DNA of 29,790 nucleotides from a virus: UHGV virus genome UHGV-1477313; one strand, 5' to 3'. Shown piece by piece: positions 1 to 6,941 of this stretch (position 1 is its first letter; each line of letters starts with the position of its first letter). The notes under the pieces were generated by a model. It saw only the letters and a program-made list of their open reading frames with translations, ran no database searches and was not told where the DNA came from. The position numbers and the translations under genes were made by a program.

Positions 1-106
1 GGCTGCCATGTACATTCCAAGCAACTACTCCGCCGATGACCAGAGCAGCAAGCATCAACACGATAAACAACTGTTTCCAGTACTCTTTGACGAGTGCCAA
101 GATCAT
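1..106 (-). CDS. Putative i-spanin (Rz-like), N-terminal fragment; continues beyond window start
   Basis: Minus-strand ATG at 106..104 overlaps the endolysin stop TGA (ATGA). Translation MILALVKEYWKQLFIVLMLAALVIGGVVAWNVHGS has one N-terminal TM helix followed by WNVH, like lambda Rz (WAVNHY). Position right after the endolysin fits a spanin. Not in the ORF track because it is truncated. Confidence 0.45.
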   Translation of the reverse strand, partial: MILALVKEYWKQLFIVLMLAALVIGGVVAWNVHGS

Positions 107-729
107 AAAAGCACCTTACTGGCGGTGATGTACCGCGCGCGCCGGTCGTCGATGCCGTTCTGGCCACCGTTGATAATCTGCGTGACGCGTACCAGGTCGC
201 CTGTGTACTTCATGCAGCCTTTGGTGGCGAAGAACCACGCCGCACTGCGGGCCGCGTATTCATCCTGAGCCAGCAGTTCAGGATGAGAAACCAGATCAAC
301 CTTTATCCCATTACCGCAATCGCGATAGTTGTTCAGGAAGGTGATCTGGATTAGTCCACGCCCGCGGTAGTTCCAGCCATCGCCAGGACCGTTGTTACCG
401 TATCGCTTACTGTAAACAAGGTTGGCAATAGCCCGCTGTCGCTCCAGTGGCAAAACCTTCTCATAGGTTTTACGTCCGAGTGCGCTGGCCTGGTCCGGCG
501 TAATGCGGCCGTCACGAATAAAACCAGCCAGTCCGGCAATACTATAGTTGAAGTTTTCCACCAGCCTGGTAAACCCGGTGCTTTCATGCCCGGCCTGGGC
601 AATGAACATTGCCTGATGCTGTGGATCAATAACGCCAAACTCTTTCATTGCTGCGGTGATATGTGGATACCAGCGCGCAGCCAGTTGCTCAGTGATACCG
701 GCAGCGCGCCGGAACTGGTTAATGTCCAT
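103..729 (-). CDS. Endolysin, glycoside hydrolase family 19 (chitinase-like) type
   Basis: 208-aa ORF; the translation (e.g. FIAQAGHESTGF, NYRGRGLIQITFLNNY) looks to me like GH19/chitinase-class phage lysozymes. It sits directly downstream of two membrane-protein genes and upstream of a spanin-like start, which is a lysis-cassette context. Confidence 0.8.
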   Translation of the reverse strand: MDINQFRRAAGITEQLAARWYPHITAAMKEFGVIDPQHQAMFIAQAGHESTGFTRLVENFNYSIAGLAGFIRDGRITPDQASALGRKTYEKVLPLERQRAIANLVYSKRYGNNGPGDGWNYRGRGLIQITFLNNYRDCGNGIKVDLVSHPELLAQDEYAARSAAWFFATKGCMKYTGDLVRVTQIINGGQNGIDDRRARYITASKVLL

Positions 730-1027
730 GTTGAGACCTCGATATTTTGAAAATCTGTACGACGTTGCCGCGTGTCTTCAAGACAGCGGCAAGCATGACA
801 GCATTGATGACGACCTCCGATAAATCGGCGGCCATTGGCGTGTGATACCAGATAGCGTAAGCGGTACGGACAGGAATACTGGCGGCGGCCACAATGAGAA
901 AGTAAGCAATCCACCCTCCCCATCTGCGATGTTGCGACCCATTACGCCGGAATGTACCGACGCGGATCGCTATACCTGAACAAATAACCGCATTGGTAAT
1001 AAGCAAAAAAAGCTCATGAGTTGCCAT
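719..1027 (-). CDS. Small membrane protein, holin/antiholin-like (about 3 TM segments)
   Basis: 102-aa ORF with hydrophobic segments (LLITNAVICSGIAI, WIAYFLIVAAASI, VVINAVMLAAVL). Start ATG is preceded by a GGAG SD (minus strand ..GGGGAGAAAAGACGATG). Overlaps the endolysin start by 11 nt. Confidence 0.6.
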   Translation of the reverse strand: MATHELFLLITNAVICSGIAIRVGTFRRNGSQHRRWGGWIAYFLIVAAASIPVRTAYAIWYHTPMAADLSEVVINAVMLAAVLKTRGNVVQIFKISRSQHGH

Positions 1028-1418
1028 CGTCTTTTCTCCCCGGGATTAACTCGCGTGGATTGTCGGAACGGTGATAGAGCCAGATGCCAATGCGCACTGC
1101 GACGATTGCTGACACGAATGCGCCAGCAGAGAAGACGATCCCTTTCTCGAAAGAGTCCTGCGTGATAGTAGGGAGCAGGCTGGCCACGCCGATAAGGATG
1201 GATGCTGTGGGCTTGTAGAAGAGAAGGCCACAGAGGAAGCTGAGCATCGACAGGAGAACCCTGCGGCGGATCGGATATTCAACCGCTGAGGTAACAAAGA
1301 TTACCGCACCAGCAAGAGCACCTAACGCCACCTCTGGCGGGACACCTGCGATTACAGCAGCAAGCGAACCCATACTAAGCCACTGATTTAATGACTCACT
1401 TGTTAGCCCGGCTGACAT
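1014..1418 (-). CDS. Holin-like membrane protein
   Basis: Multi-TM 134-aa protein immediately upstream of the second membrane protein and endolysin. ORF track starts at GTG 1427; ATG at 1418 is the more likely start (MSAGLTSE..). Confidence 0.6.
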   Translation of the reverse strand: MSAGLTSESLNQWLSMGSLAAVIAGVPPEVALGALAGAVIFVTSAVEYPIRRRVLLSMLSFLCGLLFYKPTASILIGVASLLPTITQDSFEKGIVFSAGAFVSAIVAVRIGIWLYHRSDNPRELIPGRKDDGNS

Positions 1419-1480
1419 AATGACCACCGTTTACTGTGCATAACGAACCCCCTTAGTTGGTGAGTCCATCATACACAATA

Positions 1481-1494
1481 AACCATATATGGTT
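1481..1494. promoter_or_regulatory. 14-bp perfect palindrome AACCATATATGGTT in the AT-rich intergenic region between tailspike and lysis genes
   Basis: Read directly. The core CCATATATGG recurs at 4556..4565 on the other side of the tailspike gene. Confidence 0.4.
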
Positions 1495-1540
1495 AAATAT
1501 GGGCGTACTTTATTACACCCATATAATATTTTTAATTATA

Positions 1541-4489
1541 TCAATATGTTATGCCATCAAGACTAATGTTACCTGTAGAGAATCCATATATTTTGATTGT
1601 TCCGTTAGTATCTATAACGATATTACCCTGCCCAATCGGATTACCACTTGCATCAAGTTTTGTAACAGAAAATGCCATTTTCCTAACTGGCGAGATGCTC
1701 AACGGAAGGTTGCATACTGTCGTACCGTCGGCGGTTATACCTGTTCCGATGTTAGAGATAGTGCCAGTTAATGCAATTTTACCATCGGGATATGATGTTA
1801 CAGCAGCATGAACCAGTGCAGTTACTGACCAGCCATTTGCCCCCCACACACCTGGCATCCAGTGGTTAATTATAGGATCATTACGTCTACCGAACATATG
1901 TGATGCAATAGCTCTGGCATTTGACAAGCCGAGAAGAATTCTTCCGTATGTGGTCGGGTGAATGTTGTCCATAACAACAGGGTCCTGATTTGTCAGGAGA
2001 TATTCGGCTACGATTGGTCCGAGATCGTCAAGAGAACCAGTATTCAGGGCATTAAGCGGCTGATTAACCTCTTTATTACAAACAGCTACTGTGTTGGCAA
2101 GTATCGCCCTGTAAAGCGCCCCACGCTCGTAATTTGCCGAAGGCTGTCCATAACCAGCAACCCCGGTTAACGTAACACTCTGATCTCTGGTATAGAACTG
2201 TGTAGGCAAAGATACAATGCAGGGAATCCCAAGGTTATTTGCAGTCAGCATCATCTGCTTAACGTTATCTCGTAATGCCTCTCGTCCGGATTGCCTTTGA
2301 ATATCATTCACTCCGATTTGGAAAAGCACTACATCGATATCATCCAACGATGTGGCATTAAATATATTAGCGATATCTCCTGATGCATACCCACTTATTG
2401 CAATTGTCTGCATACGTCCAACGCGAATGCCATGAGTTCCTTCTAGTGCTTGTTGCGCGAACTGTACCCATCCATTTCCCATAGAGGCATCAGTGATTGA
2501 ATCGCCTACAACAGCGATATTTATCGGTTTTGCAGAGCGGTATTGTCGATTTTCGATAATGTATGGATAGAAGACAGACATATACTCACCGCCATCGCCA
2601 AGTGATCCAAATCCTACACGACCAATGATTCTCCCGGTTTGACGAATTGTAACTCGCTCTATCCCGTTAACCAGGATAGTGAATGACTTAAGCGTATCAA
2701 CACGAACGGATGCAATACTGTTTTTTAGCCATTGTGAAGCATGAGTATCAGATCCAGCATATGCAATGCTTTTTGTAGAGCATGCTCCGCCAATTGTTCC
2801 CTCAACTAAAGTACCATGTCCAAAACGATCCTCGTAATATATCCACCGCATATTTTCAGCTTCAACTACAACGCATGGCACACCACCGGTGTTGTCACCC
2901 TCATACATCGACACGAAATATTCAGAGCACGGCTTCACTCTGCTGTATGCAGCAAAAACAAGATTCCCTGTAGGGGCTGGAATGGACACAGCATCGTCAG
3001 AAAGTGACGCCGCTGGGGTATCTGCAACAACACCCATAGGCCAGGAACCAGACAGGAAAGACCACCCAGAAGTAAAGACAGTTAATACTGGCGTTTCTTT
3101 ATCCGGAATATCGCAAAATAACGTTTTATTGTCTGTGTAGTTTGCATTTTTTATGATGGGAGGGGTTGGAGGTGTTCCAGGAACAAGTGGTGTATATTCG
3201 CCTTTTGTAATTCCAACACTTGAACGTAATAAATAACTGGTACTATTACCAGTAAAAAAGAATTTTACAGGTCTGACAAGTTTTACCAATGGTGATTTGA
3301 CAGCTTCATCGCTTGCAGTATTAATTGTCACGCTATCATCTACGTCAAGTATGAATCCATTCCAGTATCCAGCAGGAATCTCTGGTGTAAATACCATACT
3401 AACAATAGTTTTAGAATTAATTCTAATTGTCTTATCTCTTGTTGAAACATACGATTTTAGACTGTCAAGAGCAGCACGGTAGTCATGCCCAGGAACGCCG
3501 CCAAAAGTTGAAATATTTGCAGGTGATACTAAGTCAAACCTTGACCCATCAGGGGTAACAAAGTAACTTCCTCCATCTGTGTCACCTGCAGTACCGATCC
3601 CTGTTCGTATGTAAGTAGCACCACCACCATCATTAAATGAGTATCTACCACCAGTAATGATACAACCGATAACTGAATCAACCATGGAAGACATTGCATC
3701 ATTTGTTGATTTATAAACTTTTGTAGTTTCATATATGGCGCTTCGTAGTGTTGCATCACTTACATATCGCCATGCACCTGGAGCAATACCACCTGTAGTT
3801 TGCGGTGTAGATTCAGGAGGTACTAACTTAGGAAGGGGGCCATCCCAGCGATAATATTCTCCATCACTTTCAAACAATAAAACATCGTTTGGATATGTTA
3901 ATGTATTACCTAATTCAAAAGATCTTCTTATGTTATATCCATAAAGACCATTATTGATGGTATTTATAATTGTATTAACTGTCTGCATAAGGTATTGATA
4001 AATATCATCAACATACCCTTTATTTGCAGCATCATTACGATCAAAAGGTGCAAGCAAGTTTTTAATAAACTGATGTTTTGCATCATAAAAATTAGAAATA
4101 ACAGTTGGTTTTGTCAACGCCAACCTTGTCCATGAATAACACTGTTGGATCAACATTGTCAGTTTATCAAAAGCATCCTCATGAACCTCTGCGAAGAACT
4201 TACCCTGATTGCGAAGATCTGTTTCCTGCGTAACCGGAATTTCTCGCGATATGGAAATCTGATATCCATTTGTCAGAGCGGTTGACAGAATGACGTTACC
4301 TCCAGTGTACCCACCGGCCCCGGTTACCGTGTAATCTGTATCAAGTGCCAATACTGTCAAGTTTTCATCCAGGTCTACAACCTGAACAACCAGATCAGAC
4401 TTCTGAAAAATTCTGAAGGTATAAGGGAATGTCGTCGTGACGCCATTCCCGGTGTATTCGTTATGGTCGACTTCGGTTGAGACCGTCAT
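1541..4489 (-). CDS. Tailspike protein with conserved N-terminal particle-binding domain and an internal SGNH/GDSL hydrolase (esterase) domain
   Basis: 982-aa ORF with GGAG SD before ATG 4489. The N-terminus (MTVSTEVDHNEYTGNGVTTTFPYTF..) looks like podovirus tailspike head-binding domains. Residues about 655-850 (nt about 1940-2527) carry SGNH blocks: GDSIT (Ser664), GVND (726-729), DNIHP (Asp841/His844). Confidence 0.8.
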   Translation of the reverse strand: MTVSTEVDHNEYTGNGVTTTFPYTFRIFQKSDLVVQVVDLDENLTVLALDTDYTVTGAGGYTGGNVILSTALTNGYQISISREIPVTQETDLRNQGKFFAEVHEDAFDKLTMLIQQCYSWTRLALTKPTVISNFYDAKHQFIKNLLAPFDRNDAANKGYVDDIYQYLMQTVNTIINTINNGLYGYNIRRSFELGNTLTYPNDVLLFESDGEYYRWDGPLPKLVPPESTPQTTGGIAPGAWRYVSDATLRSAIYETTKVYKSTNDAMSSMVDSVIGCIITGGRYSFNDGGGATYIRTGIGTAGDTDGGSYFVTPDGSRFDLVSPANISTFGGVPGHDYRAALDSLKSYVSTRDKTIRINSKTIVSMVFTPEIPAGYWNGFILDVDDSVTINTASDEAVKSPLVKLVRPVKFFFTGNSTSYLLRSSVGITKGEYTPLVPGTPPTPPIIKNANYTDNKTLFCDIPDKETPVLTVFTSGWSFLSGSWPMGVVADTPAASLSDDAVSIPAPTGNLVFAAYSRVKPCSEYFVSMYEGDNTGGVPCVVVEAENMRWIYYEDRFGHGTLVEGTIGGACSTKSIAYAGSDTHASQWLKNSIASVRVDTLKSFTILVNGIERVTIRQTGRIIGRVGFGSLGDGGEYMSVFYPYIIENRQYRSAKPINIAVVGDSITDASMGNGWVQFAQQALEGTHGIRVGRMQTIAISGYASGDIANIFNATSLDDIDVVLFQIGVNDIQRQSGREALRDNVKQMMLTANNLGIPCIVSLPTQFYTRDQSVTLTGVAGYGQPSANYERGALYRAILANTVAVCNKEVNQPLNALNTGSLDDLGPIVAEYLLTNQDPVVMDNIHPTTYGRILLGLSNARAIASHMFGRRNDPIINHWMPGVWGANGWSVTALVHAAVTSYPDGKIALTGTISNIGTGITADGTTVCNLPLSISPVRKMAFSVTKLDASGNPIGQGNIVIDTNGTIKIYGFSTGNISLDGITY

Positions 4490-4555
4490 GTTAAATCTCC
4501 AGATAGTCGCAGCACCCGTTGCGCCGCATATCCGGTTATTCTATTACCTGAAAAA

Positions 4556-4565
4556 CCATATATGG
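4556..4565. promoter_or_regulatory. CCATATATGG palindrome upstream of the tailspike gene (second copy of the motif at 1483..1492)
   Basis: Read directly; lies about 70 bp upstream of the tailspike start in the divergent intergenic region. Confidence 0.4.
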
Positions 4566-4593
4566 ATAGACAACCCATAAATACGAACAGATA

Positions 4594-4608
4594 TTACCTT
4601 TCAGGTGA
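4594..4608. promoter_or_regulatory. Operator-like dyad TTACC-tttca-GGTGA (imperfect member of the TTACC-N5-GGTAA family)
   Basis: Read directly; in the divergent promoter region between the tailspike and the Tum-like gene. Confidence 0.4.
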
Positions 4609-4645
4609 TTCGCAAAACGTGCTGGATAGCAAATAAATTATTTGA

Positions 4646-4665
4646 TACTGTATATTTATACAGTT
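4646..4665 (+). promoter_or_regulatory. LexA (SOS) box TACTGTATATTTATACAGTT
   Basis: CTGT-N8-ACAG with an AT-rich spacer, 18 of 20 matches to the E. coli LexA consensus TACTGTATATATATACAGTA. It sits about 20 nt upstream of the start codon of the Tum-like gene. Confidence 0.8.
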
Positions 4666-4684
4666 ATTGCATGGAGAAGATAAG

Positions 4685-4942
4685 ATGCAGCAGTATCACT
4701 ATCCACTGGAAGACGGATTTACCGAAAGGATTCACACGCCGGGAGGCGTCAGATCACTGGTGGAGGGATCGCACTTGATGAAATTACTCCGGGAGCTCGA
4801 TAAGGATGGATTTAATGTCGATGGCCCACTTGCCGAACTGACTGCACTGATTAACTACGTCACCAGCTCACAGATGTCTATGCGGGATCTGCAAACACAT
4901 CTCGACTATTGTGCCGAACAATTACGAAAACAAACCAGATAA
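4685..4942 (+). CDS. Small antirepressor-like protein (Tum-like), predicted LexA-regulated
   Basis: 85-aa ORF from ATG 4685 with a GGAG SD 8 nt upstream (the ORF track extends it to TTG 4667). Its C-terminal half (LMKLLRELDKDGFNVDGPLAELTALINYV..MRDLQTHLDYCAEQ) aligns with the C-terminus of the downstream Bro-N antirepressor (LMNLLNQLQDDGHDVSGAAAELTTMFCYI..LRDIQTHAEYISDK). Confidence 0.7.
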   Translation: MQQYHYPLEDGFTERIHTPGGVRSLVEGSHLMKLLRELDKDGFNVDGPLAELTALINYVTSSQMSMRDLQTHLDYCAEQLRKQTR

Positions 4943-4973
4943 GGTTTGCAATTACCAAGTGGAGTGCTTATAT

Positions 4974-4988
4974 TTACCTTTGCGGTAA
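4974..4988. promoter_or_regulatory. Operator-like dyad TTACC-tttgc-GGTAA nested inside a longer inverted repeat GGAGTGC...GCACTCC (4961..5004)
   Basis: Read directly. Confidence 0.4.
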
Positions 4989-5080
4989 ATTTACATCGCA
5001 CTCCTCTTGTGCCATAGTAATCGGGCACTGGAAAAATCCAGTGCCGGGATTGGCGTCCCGGATTACTAAAAGGCGCATTC

Positions 5081-5100
5081 ACCGCGCAAGCGGTTTTTTT
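5081..5100 (+). terminator. Putative intrinsic terminator (short GC stem with GCAA loop, then 7 T)
   Basis: ACCGC-GCAA-GCGGT followed by TTTTTTT; ends a roughly 150-nt structured segment downstream of the Tum-like gene. Confidence 0.45.
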
Positions 5101-5257
5101 ATGCGTATAGCACGGCCACATTCGTATTATGGTGGGCTGTGTGGGGGCACCGAAAGGTGCGCCGGGTCCTTTTAGCCGGTTACGCCAACCCTGCACAGTT
5201 CACCACCAACCGATTGGCGTCGGTAGTGGTGATTAACCAGACTAAAAGGTAACCACT

Positions 5258-5953
5258 ATGACAGCTACAAAAAGCACGTCCATTTTTTCTTTCGAATCCC
5301 AAGCCGATATACGGGTAATCGTCATTAATGGTGAGCCATGGTTTATCGCTTCAGATGTTTGTCGGGCTATAGGCATAGCAAACCATCGAGATGCTGTTCG
5401 AAAACTTGATGATGATGAGAAGGGCGTCGCTTCAACCGACACCCCTGGCGGTGAGCAAGAATCGATCATCATCTCCGAGTCAGGCCTCTACACACTGATC
5501 CTCCGCTGCCGCGACGCAGTGACACCAGGCACTATCCCCTACCGCTTTCGCAAATGGGTTACAGGTGATGTTCTTCCTCAGATCCGTCGCACCGGAAGTT
5601 ACATTAAAAACTCGCTCCCGCAGGAAGAACGCATAAAGATGGTTGCCGACCAGGTAGCCAGCGCCACAGCATCAGCAGTGATGCAGGCAATGAAGGTAGA
5701 GAACAAAACCTACAGCGCCCCACTGAAGCCCGGCTACCGCAGCCTGATTCATTCGCCGTCTGGTGTTCTTGGCCTGACGGAGAACTCACTGCTGATGAAT
5801 CTGCTGAACCAGTTACAGGACGACGGGCATGACGTATCGGGCGCGGCGGCGGAGCTGACCACCATGTTCTGCTACATCGTCGGTGTGAGCAAATGCCTGC
5901 GTGATATCCAGACGCACGCGGAGTACATCAGCGACAAAGCAGGGTTCTTCTGA
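5258..5953 (+). CDS. Antirepressor with N-terminal Bro-N domain and C-terminal Tum-like domain
   Basis: 231-aa ORF; the N-terminus (FESQADIRVIVINGEPWFIASDVCRAIGI..HRDAVRKLDDDEKG..SESGLYTLILRCRDAV..FRKWVTGDVLPQIRRTG) looks like the Bro-N/antirepressor fold. AAGGT SD precedes the ATG. Confidence 0.85.
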   Translation: MTATKSTSIFSFESQADIRVIVINGEPWFIASDVCRAIGIANHRDAVRKLDDDEKGVASTDTPGGEQESIIISESGLYTLILRCRDAVTPGTIPYRFRKWVTGDVLPQIRRTGSYIKNSLPQEERIKMVADQVASATASAVMQAMKVENKTYSAPLKPGYRSLIHSPSGVLGLTENSLLMNLLNQLQDDGHDVSGAAAELTTMFCYIVGVSKCLRDIQTHAEYISDKAGFF

Positions 5954-6019
5954 CGGGCGGCGGCACAGGGATGTGCCTTTAAAATAATCATTGGCGATGT
6001 GATGTAGATTCGCGTAAGA

Positions 6020-6034
6020 TTACCTTAAAGGTAA
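6020..6034. promoter_or_regulatory. Operator-like perfect dyad TTACC-ttaaa-GGTAA about 25 bp upstream of the 6061 start codon
   Basis: Read directly; overlaps the likely promoter of the 50-aa/158-aa operon. Confidence 0.45.
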
Positions 6035-6060
6035 AAAGTCAGTCGGTTAGGGAGGTGAGT

Positions 6061-6213
6061 ATGGTCCAGATAGCTGATAAAAGAAAAGGTAAAGAAAGAC
6101 CGGGTCGACCATCGATCCGTCGTTCTCCTGAGTATAAGGCGAAACTGAGCGCTGCTTCCGATCTTCTCGCTGCAAAAATGGAAGAGAAGCGTTTAGCATG
6201 GGAAATAAAATAG
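6061..6213 (+). CDS. Small basic protein (50 aa), hypothetical; candidate DNA-binding regulator or antitoxin
   Basis: ATG 6061 is preceded by a strong SD (GGGAGGTGAGT). Translation MVQIADKRKGKERPGRPSIRRSPEYKAKLSAASDLLAAKMEEKRLAWEIK is lysine/arginine-rich. Below the ORF-track size cutoff. Overlaps the next gene by 16 nt. Confidence 0.5.
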   Translation: MVQIADKRKGKERPGRPSIRRSPEYKAKLSAASDLLAAKMEEKRLAWEIK

Positions 6214-6674
6214 TTCGCTCCGAATTGATTAAAGAAGCAATTATTGAAGATCCTTTGGTACGCCTTCCCATAGATGAGTTTGAAGAATACAAACTCATCT
6301 GCTTGGATGAGGGAAAAATACCTGCCCCACCTGAACCTGAACAGCATGAGTACGTTTCTTACATAGACACAATCGGAAGGGATAAGTACTTCAGGAAACC
6401 AACCGAAGCGAGAGCTGAGGAACTTTTTCATGCTCATGTTTGGCAAGAGGGTTGTTGCTGGGGAGAGGGTGACGATTTACTAATTCAATGGGCCTGCACA
6501 AGTAATAGTTACGTTGTGTATTCCTATTTTGTTGATATTGATGATGATCATCATATCTATATAATTGATTATTGTAAGGATAAAGCTCACGACCTGATTG
6601 AAGACAAGCAACAGGTATCCATATGGACTGAGCAAGCTAAACAGTATCGATTACAACATATTAAGCCCGCATAG
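6198..6674 (+). CDS. Hypothetical acidic protein (158 aa), second gene of a two-gene accessory operon; function unknown
   Basis: ORF in an AT-rich segment, followed by a clear terminator. Contains Cys/His/Asp-rich motifs (HAHVWQEGCCWGEGDD, DIDDDHHIYIIDY). I do not recognise the family. Confidence 0.65.
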   Translation: MGNKIVRSELIKEAIIEDPLVRLPIDEFEEYKLICLDEGKIPAPPEPEQHEYVSYIDTIGRDKYFRKPTEARAEELFHAHVWQEGCCWGEGDDLLIQWACTSNSYVVYSYFVDIDDDHHIYIIDYCKDKAHDLIEDKQQVSIWTEQAKQYRLQHIKPA

Positions 6675-6686
6675 CGGGCTTTTTTG
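6663..6686 (+). terminator. Intrinsic terminator (AAGCCCGC-ata-GCGGGCTT then TTTTT)
   Basis: Perfect 8-bp stem with a 3-nt loop and T-run; the stop codon of the 158-aa ORF lies in the loop. Confidence 0.65.
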
Positions 6687-6756
6687 TGGCTGAAATCTGA
6701 GCGCAGAGATACAATCTTCAGGCCACGTATAAGTGGCCTACACATGGAAAGAAAAA

Positions 6757-6918
6757 ATGAAAAAAGCATTAGCGGTTCTGTTTGTTCTGTTGTCTTTGGG
6801 TTCTGCTACACAAGCTTTTGCTGGAAACTGCCAGCATGACAGCGATACGGCTTCGGATGGATCACGCTGCGGTGGTCGTTCTGCGGATTCCCGCCCGGGC
6901 GGCGGTGGCATTCGTTAA
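6757..6918 (+). CDS. Small secreted peptide with signal peptide (MKKALAVLFVLLSLGSATQAFA / GNCQHDSDTASDGSRCGG...), hypothetical
   Basis: Classic N-terminal signal sequence with an AXA cleavage motif; the short mature part has two Cys and a Gly-rich tail. ORF track starts at GTG 6733; ATG 6757 is more likely. Confidence 0.5.
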   Translation: MKKALAVLFVLLSLGSATQAFAGNCQHDSDTASDGSRCGGRSADSRPGGGGIR

Positions 6919-6923
6919 AAACA

Positions 6924-6941
6924 AGGCCGCGAAAGCGGCCT
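6924..6941 (-). terminator. Hairpin AGGCCGC-GAAA-GCGGCCT; terminator for the minus-strand structural operon, possibly bidirectional
   Basis: On the minus strand the hairpin is followed by TTGTTTTTAA; on the plus strand by ..CCCTTTT after the palindrome. Confidence 0.45.

Noticed and set aside
8-729. Plus-strand ORFs 8..268 and minus-strand ORF 351..638 overlapping the endolysin gene
   Set aside because: They are antisense or out of frame relative to a well-supported endolysin ORF, have no SD, and give low-complexity Arg/Pro-rich translations; likely ORF-finder artefacts.
1457-4489. Numerous 60-100-aa plus-strand ORFs (1457..1771, 1551..1811, 1958..2170, 2782..3140, 3297..3482) and minus ORF 3529..3759 inside the tailspike gene
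   Set aside because: All lie within or antisense to the 982-aa tailspike ORF, which has a clear SD and recognisable domains; the region is AT-rich, which generates spurious short ORFs.
4906-5196. ORFs 4906..5196 (-) and 4909..5175 (+) in the Tum/antirepressor intergenic segment
   Set aside because: The region is dominated by nested inverted repeats and a terminator; the translations are Cys/Arg-rich without RBS. Better explained as structured non-coding DNA.
6039-6446. Minus-strand ORFs 6039..6446 and 6047..6298
   Set aside because: Antisense to the 50-aa/158-aa operon, which has a strong SD, operator and terminator; no RBS on the minus strand.
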